Made by a program: the position numbers and the translations under genes
The notes under the pieces: generated by a model
The model's input: only the letters and a program-made list of their open reading frames with translations
What the model was told of the DNA's origin: nothing
Databases searched by the model: none
In this document: piece by piece, positions 1 to 12,301 of the stretch
Layout of the letters: every line of letters begins with the position of its first letter
Numbering within the stretch: position 1 is the stretch's first letter
From: Lingula anatina
Taxonomy: Eukaryota > Animalia > Brachiopoda
DNA: 64,000 nucleotides
NCBI GenBank assembly: GCA_051362555.1
Contig: CM120641.1
Span: 31,006,401-31,070,400 of the forward strand
Direction: 5' to 3'

Positions 1-2830
1 CTCAGTTGGTAGAGCAGTTGGACAGTGTGCAAGAGTCCTGGGTTCGAATTCCAGCGGCAACCTGCTGTTTTTCTCCAAGCCTGATTGGTCCAGCTCAACT
101 ACCACAATCGGAAAGTCGATGCTGTCGAAATCGGCTCTAGTACTTCAAACATACTGGAATTGGTCCGAACTAGTACAATCGGTGTGTCGCGATTGGTCCA
201 GCTCAACTACCACAATCGGAAAGTCGATGCTGTCGAAATCGGCTCTAGTACTTCAAACATACTGGAATTGGTCCGAACTAGTACAATCGGTGTGTCCGAT
301 TGGTCCAGCTCAACTACCACAATCGGAAAGTCGATGCTGTCGAAATCGGCTCTAGTACTTCAAACATACTGGAATTGGTCCGAACTAGTACAATCGGTGT
401 GTCGCGATTGGTCCAGCTCAACTACCACAATCGAAAAGTCGATGCTGTCGAAATCGGCTCTAGTACTTTAAACATACTGGAATTGGTCCGAACTAGTACA
501 ATCGGTGTGTCGCGATTGGTCTAGCTCAACTACCACAATCAAAAAGTTGAAGATGTTAAAATTGGCTCTAGCCCCTGTAGAGGCTGGCAGGTGTTGGCCC
601 TGGCTGGGTAGCTCAGTTGGTAGAGCAGTTGGACAAGTGTGCAAGAGTCCTGGGTTCGAATTCCAGCGGCAACCTGCTGTTTTTCTCCCAGCCAGATTGG
701 TCCAGCTCAACTACCACAATCGGAACGTCGATGCTGTCGAAATCGGCTCTAGTACTTCAAACATACTGGAATTGGTCCGAACTAGTACAATCGGTGTGTC
801 GCAATTGGTCCAGCTCAACTACCACAATCGGAATGTCGATGCTGTCGAAATCGGCTCTAGTACTTTAAACATACTGGAATTGGTCCGAACTAGTACAATC
901 GGTGTGTCGCGATTGGTCTAGCTCAACTACCACAATCAAAAAGTCGAAGATGTTAAAATTGGCTCTAGCCCCTGTAGAGGCTGGCAGGTGTTGGCCCTGG
1001 CTGGGTAGCTCAGTTGGTAGAGCAGTTGGACAGTGTGCAAGAGTCCTGGGTTCGAATTCCAGCGGCAACCTGCTGTTTTTCTCCCAGCCAGATTGGTCCA
1101 GCTCAACTACCACAATCGGAAAGTCGATGCTGTCGAAATCGGCTCTAGTACTTTAAACATACTGGAATTGGTCCGAACTAGTACAATCGGTGTGTCGCGA
1201 TTGGTCTAGCTCAACTACCACAATCAAAAAGCCGAAGATGTTAAAATTGGCTCTAGCCCCTGTAGAGGCTGGCAGGTGTTGGCCCTGGCTGGGTAGCTCA
1301 GTTGGTAGAGCAGTTGGACAAGAGTGTGCAAGAGTCCTGGGTTCGAATTCCAGCGGCAACCTGCTGTTTTTCTCCCAGCCAGATTGGTCCAGCTCAACTA
1401 CCACAATCGGAAAGTCGATGCTGTCGAAATCGGCTCTAGTACTTCAAACATACTGGAATTGGTCCGAACTAGTACAATCGGTGTGTCGCGATTGGTCCAG
1501 CTCAACTACCACAAACGGAATGTCGATGCTGTCGAAATCGGCTCTAGTACTTCAAACATTCTGGAATTGGTCCAAACTAGTACAATCGGTGTGTCGCAAT
1601 TGGTCTAACTCAACTACCACAATTGGAAAGTCGAAGATGTCAAATCGGCTTTACTGCCTTGGAAAGTACTTTCAACATCCTGGAATTGGTTCGAACTAGT
1701 ACAATTGGTGTGTCGCGATTGGTCTAACTCAACTACCACAATTGGAAAGTCGATGCTGTCAAAATCGGCTTTACTGCCTTGAAAAGTACTTTCAACATCC
1801 TGGAATTGCTCCGAACTAGTACAATCGGTGTGTCGCGATTGGTCCAGCTCAACTACCACAATCGATGCTGTCGAAATTGGCTCTAGTACATTAAACATAC
1901 TTGGAATTGGTCCTAACTAGTACAAGCTGGCAGGTGTTGGCCCTGGCTGGGTAGCTCAGTTGGTAGAGCTGTTGGACAGTATGTAAGAGTCCTGGGTTCG
2001 AATCCCAGGGGGAACCTGCAGTTTTTCTCCCAGCCTAGCGATTGGTCCAGCTCAACTACCACAATCGGAAAGTCGATGCTGTCAAAACCGACTTTACTGC
2101 CTTTGAAAGTACTTTGCAGATTAGTACAATATGTGTGTCGCGATTGGTCCAGCTCAACTACCACAATCGTAATGTTGATGCTGTCGAAATCGGCTTTACT
2201 GCCTTTGAAAGTACTTTGAAGATACAGGAATCAGCGACTAGGTGTGTCGCAATTTTTCTAGCCCAACTACCACAATCGGAAAGTCGAATATGTTAAAATT
2301 GGCTCTAGCCCTTGTAGCGCCTGGCGGGTATTGGCCCTGGCTAGGTAGCTCAGTTAGTAGAACAGTCGCACAGTGTGCAAGAGTCCCAGGTTAAAATCCT
2401 AGGGTGAGCCTGGAGTTTTATCCCAGCCCAGTGATTGGTCCAGCTTAACTACTTCAATCGAAAAGTCTATTCTGTCGAAATCGACTCTAGTACTTTAAAC
2501 ATACTGGAATTTGTCCGAACTAGTAGAATCGGTGTGTCGCGATTGGTCTATTTCAACCACCACAATCGGAAAGTCGAAGATGTTAAAACTGGCTCTAGCC
2601 CCTGTATAGGCTTGCGTGTGTTGGCCCTGGCTGGGTAGCTCAGTTGGTACAGCAGTCACATTGTTCTCAAAAGTTTTGGGTTCGAATCCTGGTCGAGCCT
2701 TGTTCCCCCCCCCCCCCCCCCCCATACACACACACACACACACACACACATTCCCCCAATCGCTACAATACTGGAATTTGTCGCATCTATCAATTATGGT
2801 GTGTTGAGCGTTGCGATTGGTCCAGGTCAT
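1..2830. repeat. CpG-rich 108-bp tandem satellite with interspersed tRNA-like cassettes (higher-order unit)
   Basis: GATTGGTCCAGCTCAACTACCACAATCGG recurs at 83, 191, 298, 406, 514... Copies are near-identical at the left and degrade toward 2830. The array runs off the left edge of the window. Confidence 0.95.
602..684 (+). pseudogene. tRNA-derived (Thr-AGT-like, SINE-head-like) Pol III cassette; further copies at 1-72, 999-1080, 1287-1371, 1945-2026, 2339-2420, 2629-2700
   Basis: A box TAGCTCAGTTGGTAGAGC, B box GGTTCGAATTCC, T-arm CTGGG/TCCAG, followed by TTTTT. Acceptor and anticodon stems pair poorly, so it is not a canonical tRNA. Confidence 0.8.
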
Positions 2831-3719
2831 TACAGTAAGATGATTGCATAACCGGTATTGTCGTCGATCTGCGGCATAGTGTAAACTTTATTCTTTAATG
2901 CCAGGCTGGTGGCGGTGTCAATATATAGGTGCAGGTATATGGTGTAAGCGGGACCAATTGGTTTAAAATTGGGGCTGTTCTTTACAAATCAATGGGAATT
3001 AGAGTTTCTAGCATTAATGGGGTGGGGTTAGTCTCTTTGTAAACCCGACTGTTTGTTTATCTCAACTCTCCTCAAGAAGGAGTCCGAATCTGCACAGATG
3101 CGTTTCCGGTGCATTTCCAATTCTCAGACGACACGAAGATTCTGCATGTTGGTTATTATGGTAAGCAGCATACGTGTTTATTAATTGCTCGCATAATATT
3201 ACAAAATTCTTTCACGTGGTTCCTAGAGTTGGTAAACAAACACGTGGAGGTCACGTCCACTGGTACTGCAGATGAATCTCCTGAAAGGAATCAAGATAAT
3301 GACCCCGTTTTGTCCGCCACAGCCATGGTGGACCTCATTGACACTGCTGTGTCCAGTAATATCTGGGCTGTAACAGAAGACCATGGAAAATTGAAATAGC
3401 CGAGGGATCCGAAAAAAAGAAAAACGGGCGTCGACCCCCCACGGCTTACTACGTATACATGGCAGCAGGTGACTGCTGACAAGAAGTGTGTGGTTTTTTT
3501 CATGTTAAAATGTCTAAAACAATTGAATATCCGTATAACGTTAGTCTACTCTAGTATAACCCTAGAGTATCATTGATTATAGATTAAAATTAGGCTAAAT
3601 TATAACGTTAGATACATGTCATGGATATTTATTTAGCAAAAATTCAAAAATGGAGACTTTTTGTAGGAAGTCCAGATTTACACTTCAGACCCCCGACCCC
3701 AGTTCAGTTCTATAACCCA

Positions 3720-4566
3720 ATAAATAAAGATTTCTATCAGGTTCTCATGAGTGAAGCTCCTGAAAACTTGGTACACGAAAGGAAATGGAACCTAGATCTA
3801 AATATAAATATCACTTGGAAGTATGTTTACGAGAATTGTTTCTATGTTACACGAGAAACAAAACTTCAATGGTTCCAATACAGAATAATTTTTAGAATCT
3901 TACCAGTTAGGTCATACCTGAAAAGAATCGGTATTGAGGTGTCAGAGAAATGCTTTATCTGTGGAGCGGAGAGGGAAGATTTGCGACATGTATTTTTAAA
4001 TTGCTATCGAATAAGAAACATTTGGACTGAAATGGAACGCTTGATTGCTAACAAAACTGATGAAAGAATTACACTCTATGATGAAAATATACTTTTTGGA
4101 GTATCCAAAACAAATTTCAAGCCTCTAAATTACATTATTCTTGTCTCCAAATTTTATATATATACTTGTTTTAAAAGAAAAATGCAGCCGACCTTCCCTT
4201 CCCTTCTCTTATATATCAAAACAAAATTCGAATTAGAAAAATATGTTTCTCAAAAAAATCTTCAATTAGGCCATTTTCTTACAGAGTGGAGAACCTGGGA
4301 TTCTATTTTTGACTAGTTTCTCCTCTTATAAATTTACTTTACTTTTTCGCTAATTTCTTATGTGAAATGTAAAATGTTGGTATCTTGTTATGTGCAGCAT
4401 CACTTGTAATATACTGTTTCGTACGTAGTCCGGCTATCTACATGTTTACTTAATGTATAATGAATGTCTTGTGTGTGTTATTGTGTGTGTGTGTGTGTGT
4501 GTTAGTGTGTGTGTCTACATATGTATTTTTGTTTGTCTTTTTGTGAATAAAAAAAAAAAAAAAAAA
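3720..4566 (+). mobile_element. 3' end of L1/Tx1-type LINE (ORF2 C-terminus with zf-RVT motif, 3' UTR, AATAAA + poly-A)
   Basis: ORF 3621-4316 contains KLQWFQYRIIFRIL...CFICGAEREDLRHVFLNC. A (TG)n UTR and AATAAA run into ~18 A at 4546-4566. Confidence 0.9.
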
Positions 4567-5147
4567 GGTTGTAGATATTGTAGGTGATGATCACCTACAA
4601 TCACCTACATCATGAGTTTATAAATTAGCTGTCTTCAGTGAAATGATAATCCAACAGACATACCTTCATCTCTGCTGAAATCAGAAAACACATCATCAGT
4701 AAAGAATATATGCAGACGTACACAGTAGTTACAACACAAACATTACACAGAGATCAGAATATATTTAAACAATCATACAGTGATAAAGACACATATACAG
4801 TGATCAGAAAATACACGCACATATTTAGTGTCACAAAACACAATGCACTGTGAGGCATCAGAATAAAAACAAAATATAGTGTTCATTTATTAGGATTGAA
4901 ATGACTATCAGAATTTTTTGTTCACCCCTCAAGTTGACATTATTTTCACTTTGAACATAGATAAAACTGCGTAGGACCTAAGTGGCCCTTTTACAAAATG
5001 ATAATTACCAAGATAATATATATATAGTGGTGCTGGTCAAAAGGGGATTGAAGAGAACAACAAAGTATAGCAATATCATTATTGCACTGACCTTTGCTGA
5101 GAAGTTGTGGTCTTGATGTGATGATGAGTTTAGATGTCCTAATATGA
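4567..5147 (-). repeat. Inverted piece of the large tandem array
   Basis: Reverse complement of array sequence seen at ~8235-8788. Confidence 0.9.
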
Positions 5148-5786
5148 TTTCGACTCTTTATAAGTAGCTGAACCGGCTGAGGAACATAAGGAAATAAAAT
5201 ATCTTCAAAAATTTCTTCATTGTTCTTTTCTTTTAGCCTACATTTTAAACTGTTACGTATTCCAAAATATTTTAGATCACATACTCTTTGAAATCCAAAT
5301 TTCCTTTCCAGTTCAGCTTTGGTTAAAAATTTTCCTTCGTTGAAAAGATCGCCAATTATTCTTATACCCTTATTGTACCATTCTTTGTCCAATATTGATA
5401 CCCCACCCAATTTTACTTTTCTATTATACCACAGAGGTTCAAGAGCAATATTGCTATTCATATCTTCTATACCGTATGTTAAATCTTTCCAGGAGATAAT
5501 GACATCTTTCCAAAACCTGTTATTGCAATTGCGTAAGAGTATATCTAAACAATCATTTCCATAGTCAAATATATTCCAAATAGATTGTAAATCAAAGGTG
5601 TTCTGGAGAATAGTGTTATAAACGTTATTTTTAAGGTATAGTCTTCTTATCCATGTACATTTTTATGCCGTTATGAATTTACTTAAGTCTGTCATTTTAT
5701 AGACCACCATATTCATAATCCTTTACTATCTGACCTCTCTTTACCTTATCAATTTTGCTACCCCAAATGAATTAGAAAATAATGGA
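5148..5786 (-). mobile_element. 5'-truncated upstream part of the same L1/Tx1 LINE ORF2, in opposite orientation
   Basis: PLWYNRKVK...WYNKGIRIIGDL is the ORF2 segment that normally precedes zf-RVT. It is flanked at 5787-5799 by AATATCTACAACC, whose reverse complement follows the poly-A at 4567-4579. Confidence 0.85.
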
Positions 5787-6153
5787 AATATCTACAACCT
5801 TGTAGCCTTAGTAGAGGTCAGTGCAAAAAAAAAAAATTATACTCTGTTCTCTTCAAACCCGACCATCACCACTATATAATATAATATAATATAATATAAT
5901 ATAATATAATATAATATAATATAATATAATATAATATAATATAATATAATATAATACCTAGGAATATATCACTTTGTTAAAGGGACACTTAGATCCCACC
6001 CAGTTTTATATATGTTCAGAGTTAAAAGGGTTAATGTGAACTTTGGGGGTGAGCAAGAATTTCTGACAGTCATTTCAATCCCTACATATGAACTTTAAAT
6101 TTAATGTTTGTAGTCTCATGCCTCACAATGCATTATCTTTTGTGACACTGTAT

Positions 6154-6455
6154 GGCCGCATTCACATCGAGTTGAGCCATGGCTCTACAAAGCCACGACC
6201 TAAATATGGTGGACGTACATGAAAGGAAAACTGCCTAATATTTTAATAGTCTCTCCGCCTTTCACACACCTCCCCATGCATCGTCCCTGCGGGGGTACAG
6301 TCATTAAATCTCGGCTCCATTGGGATGACACTTGGGGAGGCATGTGAGGGGCGGAGAGAATATTAAAAGATTAGGCGGTTTTCCTTTCATGTACGTCCGC
6401 CATATTTAGGTCATGGCTTTGTAGAGCCATGGCTCAACTCGATGTGAATGCGGCC
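6154..6455. mobile_element. Fold-back MITE (~302 bp, PIF/Harbinger-like termini)
   Basis: GGCCGCATTCACATCGAGTTGAGCCATGG...CCATGGCTCAACTCGATGTGAATGCGGCC, with arms pairing over ~125 bp. Absent from the homologous monomer at ~9080. Confidence 0.85.
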
Positions 6456-6978
6456 TTTGTGTCTATATATATTCTGATCACTATCTATGTTTGTTTTGTA
6501 AAAGGGTCACAGAGTTAAAAAGCTTAATGTGAACTCGTGGACGTAATAAAAAATTTCTGACGGTCATTCCAATCCCTGTATATAAACATTAATTTTTTAT
6601 GTTTATATTCTGATGCTTTAGAGTGCATTGAATTTTGTGAGGCTGTATGTGTCTGTATAAATTCTGATCACTATCTATGTTTGTGTTGTGGCTGTATGTG
6701 TTTATATATTTTTTTATCACTTTGATGTGTCTATTTTGTAACTGCTGTATATGTCTGCATATATTCTTTTCAGCGGAGATGAAGATGTGTCTTCAGGATT
6801 ATCATCACACTGAGGACAGCTAAACTCATCATCACATCAAGATCTACAGCATTGCAGCCTCACCACAGGTCAGTGCAAAAATGATATTGCTATACTTTGT
6901 TGTTCTCTTCAATCCCCTTTTGATCCTAACCACTTTATATAGTTCCTGGGAAATTATTATTTTTAAAGGGGTCACTTG

Positions 6979-7225
6979 GGGACAGTCCCCTAGATATTTG
7001 GATTGATCTATCTCCCTGGGGAGTCTGACTAAATTGCTATCAACTTAACCGTTTTAAATGTCTATCACACTTAGAAAAGCTGTAAGGGGGTAATTATCTT
7101 AACCCCCGTGTTGGTTCGATATCCCTGGCAGACAATTAAGTCAATTAAGTTGATAGCAATATAGTGAGACTCCTTAGGGAGTTAGACCGATCCAGATGGA
7201 TTGATCAAGGTATGGGAACCCAGTC
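6979..7225. mobile_element. Harbinger-like MITE, old insertion amplified with the array (also ~9620-9868, ~16720-16967, ~34090-34340)
   Basis: Shared core AAAGCTGTAAGGGGGTAATT and imperfect TIRs. It interrupts GGGTCACTTAGATCCC at the TTA. Confidence 0.75.
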
Positions 7226-7622
7226 TTAGATCCCACACAGTTTTATATATGTTCATATTGACAAGGGTTGATATGAGCTCATAGGGGTTGCAGGGGGCAG
7301 GCACTGAGAAAAATCTGTATATAGACGAAATTTCCTGCAAATTATCATTTTTAAAAGGGTCACTTAAATCCCACCGAGTCTTTTATATGTTCAGAGTGAA
7401 AATTAAGGGTTAATATGAACTGGTGGATGTGAACAAGAATTTCTGACTGTCATTCCAATACCTATTATAAACATTAAATTTAATATTTTCTCATGCCTTA
7501 CAGTGCATTGTCTTTTGTGACAGTGTGTGTCTGTATATATTCTGCTTACTGTATGTGCCTGTATATGTTATATATTGATGATTTGTTCTCTGATTTCAGT
7601 AGAGATGAAGGTATGTCTCTTG

Positions 7623-7847
7623 GACCCCACTTCCATAGATTTTAGATCGATCTATCCCTGTAGGGAGTCTCACTAGATTACTGTCAGCTTAGCCGGCTTA
7701 AGTATCTGTCCCGCCTACTGAAAGCTGTAAGGGGGTAATTAGCTATGGTGCATGCTCAGCTGACTGCAATTTAGTTTGAACCCCCAGGGAGTTAGGTCGA
7801 TCTAAATCTTAATCCTTGAATAGATCTAAATCTCTGGGAATACAGCC
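7623..7847. mobile_element. Harbinger-like MITE with 3-bp TSD (TTG)
   Basis: TTG|GACCCCACTTCC...GGGAATACAGCC|TTG. The empty site is visible in sister monomers (10340, 17442). Confidence 0.85.
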
Positions 7848-10842
7848 TTGGATTATCTTCCAACTGAGGACAGCTAATTTATAAACTCATCATCACCAGC
7901 AAGATCTACAATGTCACAGCTTCAGCACAGGTCAGTGCAACAATAATATTGTTATACTTTGTTGTTCTCTTCAATACCCTTTTGACCCTCACAACTAGAA
8001 AAAATTTAATGCATACATTCTGAAGCCTGTGTACTGCCTGTTGTGATGCTGTATGTGTCTCTATATATTCTGATCACTATGCATGTCTGTTTTGTGGCTG
8101 TATGTGTTTATATATATTTTGATCACTGTGATGTGTCTATGTTGTAACTGCTGTATATGTCTGCATATATTCTTTATTAATGATGTGTTCTCTGATTTCA
8201 ACAGAGATGAAGGTGTATCTCCTTGATTATCATCATATTAGGACATCTAAACTCATCATCACATCAAGACCACAACTTCTCAGCACAGGTCAGTGCAATA
8301 ATGATATTGCTATACTTTGTTGTTCTCTTCAATCCCCTTTTGACCAGCACCACTTTATATATTATCTTGGTAATTATCATTTTGTAGAAGGGTCACTTAG
8401 GTCCTACTCAGTTTTAACTATGTTCAAAGTGAAAATAATGTCAACTTGAGGGTTGAACAAAAATTTCTGAGTCATTCCAATCCCTATAAATAAACACTAA
8501 ATTTTGTTTTTATTCTGATGCCTCACAGTGCATTGTGTTTTGTGACACTAAATATGTGTGTGTATTTTCTGATCAATGTATATGTGTGTTTTATCACTGT
8601 ATGACTGTTTAAATATATTCTGATCTCTGTGTTATGTTTGTGTTGTAACTACTGTGTACGTCTGCATATATTCTTTATTGATGATGTGTTTTCTGATTTC
8701 AGCAGAGATGAAGATATGTCTGTTGGATTATCATTTCACTGAGGACAGCTTATTTATAAACTCATCATCACCTACAATATCTACAACCTTGTAGCCTTAG
8801 TAGAGGTCAGTGCAAAAAAAAAAAATTATACTCTGTTCTATTCAAACCCTTTGTGACCATCACCACTATATAATATAATACCTAGGAATATATCACTTTG
8901 TTAAAGGGACACTTAGATCCCACTCAGTTTTATATATGTTCAAAGTTAAAAGGGTTAATGTGAACTTGTGGGGGTGACCAAGAATTTCTGACAGTCATTT
9001 AAATCCCCATATATGCATGAACTTTAAATTTAATGTTTGTATTCTCATTCCTCACAAATCATTGTCTTTTGTGACACTGTGTGTGTCTATATATATTCTG
9101 ATCACTATCTATGTTTGTTTTGTAAAAGGGTCACCTAGAGATTTATATATGTTCAGAGTTTAAAAGGTTAATGTGAACTCGTGGACCTAATCAAAAATTT
9201 CTGACGGTCATTCCAATCCCTGTATGTAAACATTAAATTTTATGTTTATATTCTGATGCCTTAGAGTGCATTGAATTTTGTGAGGCTGTATGTGTCTGTA
9301 TTTATTCTGATCAATATCTATGTTTGTGTTGTGGCTGTATGTGTTTATATATATTTTGATCACTGTGATGTGTCTATTTTGTAACTGCTGTATATGTCTG
9401 CATATATTCTTTTCAGCGGAGATGAAGGTGTGTCTTCTGGATTATCATCACACTGAGGACAGCTAAACTAATCAACACATCAAGATCTACAGCATTGCAG
9501 CCTCACCACAGGTCAGTGCAAAAATGATACTGCTATACTTTGTTGTTCTCTTCAATCCCCTTTTGATCCTTACCACTTTATATAGTTCCTGAGAAATTAT
9601 TATTTTTAAAGGGATCACTTGGGGACAGTCCCCCAGATATTTGGATTGATCTTTCTCCCTGGGTAGTCTGACTAAATTGCTATCAACTTAACCCTCTTTA
9701 ATGTCTGTCACGCTTAGTAAAGCTGTAAGGGGGTAATTATCTTTACCCTCTAGCTGATTCGATATTCGATATTCGATATTAAGTCGATTAAGTTGATAGC
9801 AATCTAGTGAGACTCCTCAGGAAGTTAGACCGATCCAGATGGATTGATCAAGGTATGGGAACCCAGTCTTAGATCCCGCACAGTTTTATATATGTTCAAA
9901 TTGACAAGGGTTGATATGAACTCGTAGGGGTTGCAGTGGGAAGGCGCTGAGAAAAATCTGTATATAGACGAAATTTCCTGCAAATTATCATTTTTAAAAG
10001 GGTCACTTAAATCCCACCGAGTCTTTTATATGTTCAGAGTGAAAATTAAGGGTTAATATGAACTGGTGGATGTGAACAAGAATTTCTGACAGTCATTCCA
10101 ATACCTATATATAAACATTAAATTAATTTTTTTTCTCATGCCTTACAGTGCATTGTCTTTTGTGACTGTGTGTGTTTGTATATATTCTGCTTACTGTATA
10201 TGTCTGTTTTGTCATTGTTTGAATGTTTAAATATATTCTGATCTCTGTATTATATCTGTGTTGTATATACTGTATGTGCCTGTATATGTTATATATTGAT
10301 TATTTGTTCTCTGATTTCAGCAGAGATGAAGGTATGTCTTTTGGATTATCATCCAACTGAGGACAGCTAATTTATAAACTCATCATCACCAGCAAGATCT
10401 ACAATGTCACAGCTTCAGCACAGGTCAGTGCAAACAATATTGTTATACTTTGTTGTTCTCTTCAATACCCTTTTGACCCTCACAACTAGAAAAAAATTCC
10501 TGCATGCATTCTGAAGCCTGTGTACTGCCTGTTGCATTGCTTTATGTGTCTCTATATATTCTGATCACTATGCATGTCTGTTTTGTATTTGTTTATATAT
10601 ATTTTGATCACTGTGATGTGTCTATGTTGTAACTGCCGTATATGTCTGCATATATTCTTAATTAATGATTTGTTCTCTGATTTCAGCAGAGATGAAGGTG
10701 TATTTCCTTGATTATCATCATACTTAGGACATCTAAACTGATCATCACATCAAGACCACAACATCGCAGCCTCAGCACAGGTCAGTGCAATAATGATATT
10801 GCTATACTTTGTTGTTCTCTTCAATCCCCTTTTGACCAGCAC

Positions 10843-10887
<45 letters not shown>

Positions 10888-11668
10888 GTATACTGTGCAT
10901 GTGGAATACAAGTATGTGAAAGTTTGGTGCTCTCGGAATATGGTGTATTTCGGCATTGTGGAGACAACGCAGACTGTTTATGTGCGGAAAACGCCTTTTT
11001 AAGCCAATCGGTGTTGACTTGCAGCTATCGGTGAGACTTTTCGAGGTATTGATCATCAGATATTTGGAGAAGAAAATTTGGTTGGTCTTCGTAAGATAAT
11101 GGAAAGCTCAGGCCAACATCTACTTATTACATGAATTTAGATGACATGATTTGGTGTACACAACTCATTGCAATTATAGCAGTAATGAGGTGCTAACACC
11201 CGGGGCAGTGCAGTTGTTTGTCAACACATTGACTATCACTGTTACTCAGTCTTATTGTAAACCTGGTATAATATCTGCATTGATTGTACTATGGGTAGAA
11301 GGAAGTCGGGGAGTAAAAAGCGAAAGACTGTGGAGACTAGCAGGTCAATAAGCAGTAGTCATGAACAATCTCCATCAACTGGTGACATTATGGAGGGAGG
11401 GCACCGTGTTCTGTTTGGTGATGTACATAATGATAGTTTACAACTTGAAACGTAATCAAGCCCCATACTGATAACAATCCAGCTAAGTGTGGAAAATGAC
11501 AGACAAAACCTTAAACAGGCGCAGTCAACAAGTGACACACATACCATTAGCACCAACAGAATTTATGCAAAATTTGGCCAGGGAGATTAAAAATATGGCA
11601 AAAGAATTAAGAATAATAAGAGACGGGCAAAAAGAAATAAAGCTCTAAAGCAGGACATAACATCCCTT

Positions 11669-12301
11669 GTGATGGAAAAAAATAATATTATAAAACAAGA
11701 AGTTGAAGATAGAATTAAATCACATAACGAGCACATTAAAATACTGGAGGAAAAAGCCGCCCAGCTTTCAAATAAAATCCAAGAAAAGGATAGGCAAATA
11801 AGTGACCTTAAAACACAAGTCAAATTCTGTTTAGACACGAGCAAAAGTGGCGTCGAGAATTCTGACCTGAGTATTATAATCTTGAACCTGCAAGAAAATC
11901 CTAAGGAGGATCTTGAAAATATGGTTAGTCAGGTATTGATGACCGTAATGACGCATGGAGAAACTAGTGAAGAGGCCTCAGTGATACCCAGGATCCAGGA
12001 ATGTCGCAGACTACCAGGCAGAAATGGAAAACCAGGGATTGTGAAAGTTGAGTTCTGTAGCATAGAGGAGAAGATTGCAGTAGTGAGGAGGAAAACTAAC
12101 ATTCGTTATAGTACAGACCTGAGAGTACTGAAGGTGTGGATCCGAGCAAGTAAATCCCATACTGAAAGGATCATGGACAAAAATATGGATTTTCTACTCA
12201 ACTGTATTCCAGGCGGAAGTTGTTTTTATATCACAAATCATCGTATAATCTGGGAGAAATCTGCAGAACAGACAGATGGACAGATGAGAATAAACAGTTA
12301 A
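11669..12301 (+). CDS. LINE ORF1-like protein (coiled coil + RRM-like region), probably degenerate
   Basis: Heptad-rich N-terminus and RLPGRNGKPGIVKVEF motif. Lies directly upstream of the endonuclease fragments. Confidence 0.7.
   Translation: MMEKNNIIKQEVEDRIKSHNEHIKILEEKAAQLSNKIQEKDRQISDLKTQVKFCLDTSKSGVENSDLSIIILNLQENPKEDLENMVSQVLMTVMTHGETSEEASVIPRIQECRRLPGRNGKPGIVKVEFCSIEEKIAVVRRKTNIRYSTDLRVLKVWIRASKSHTERIMDKNMDFLLNCIPGGSCFYITNHRIIWEKSAEQTDGQMRINS

Noticed and set aside
602-675. Functional tRNA genes
   Set aside because: Acceptor and anticodon stems do not pair properly, and loop length varies between copies.
1-2830. CRISPR-like repeat/spacer appearance
   Set aside because: The intervening sequences are themselves repeated, there are no cas genes, and the context is eukaryotic.
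85-2838. Many overlapping ORFs with repeated peptides
   Set aside because: Translations of the 108-bp satellite; non-ATG starts and frames that shift between copies.
3621-3719. N-terminus of the 231-aa ORF as a real protein start
   Set aside because: Upstream of the inversion breakpoint; a chance in-frame fusion to the LINE fragment.
8660-8750. C/D-box snoRNA in the monomers (TGATGA...CTGA)
   Set aside because: Box C is not conserved across monomers, spacing is short, and I see no terminal stem or rRNA guide. A covariance search is still needed to exclude it.
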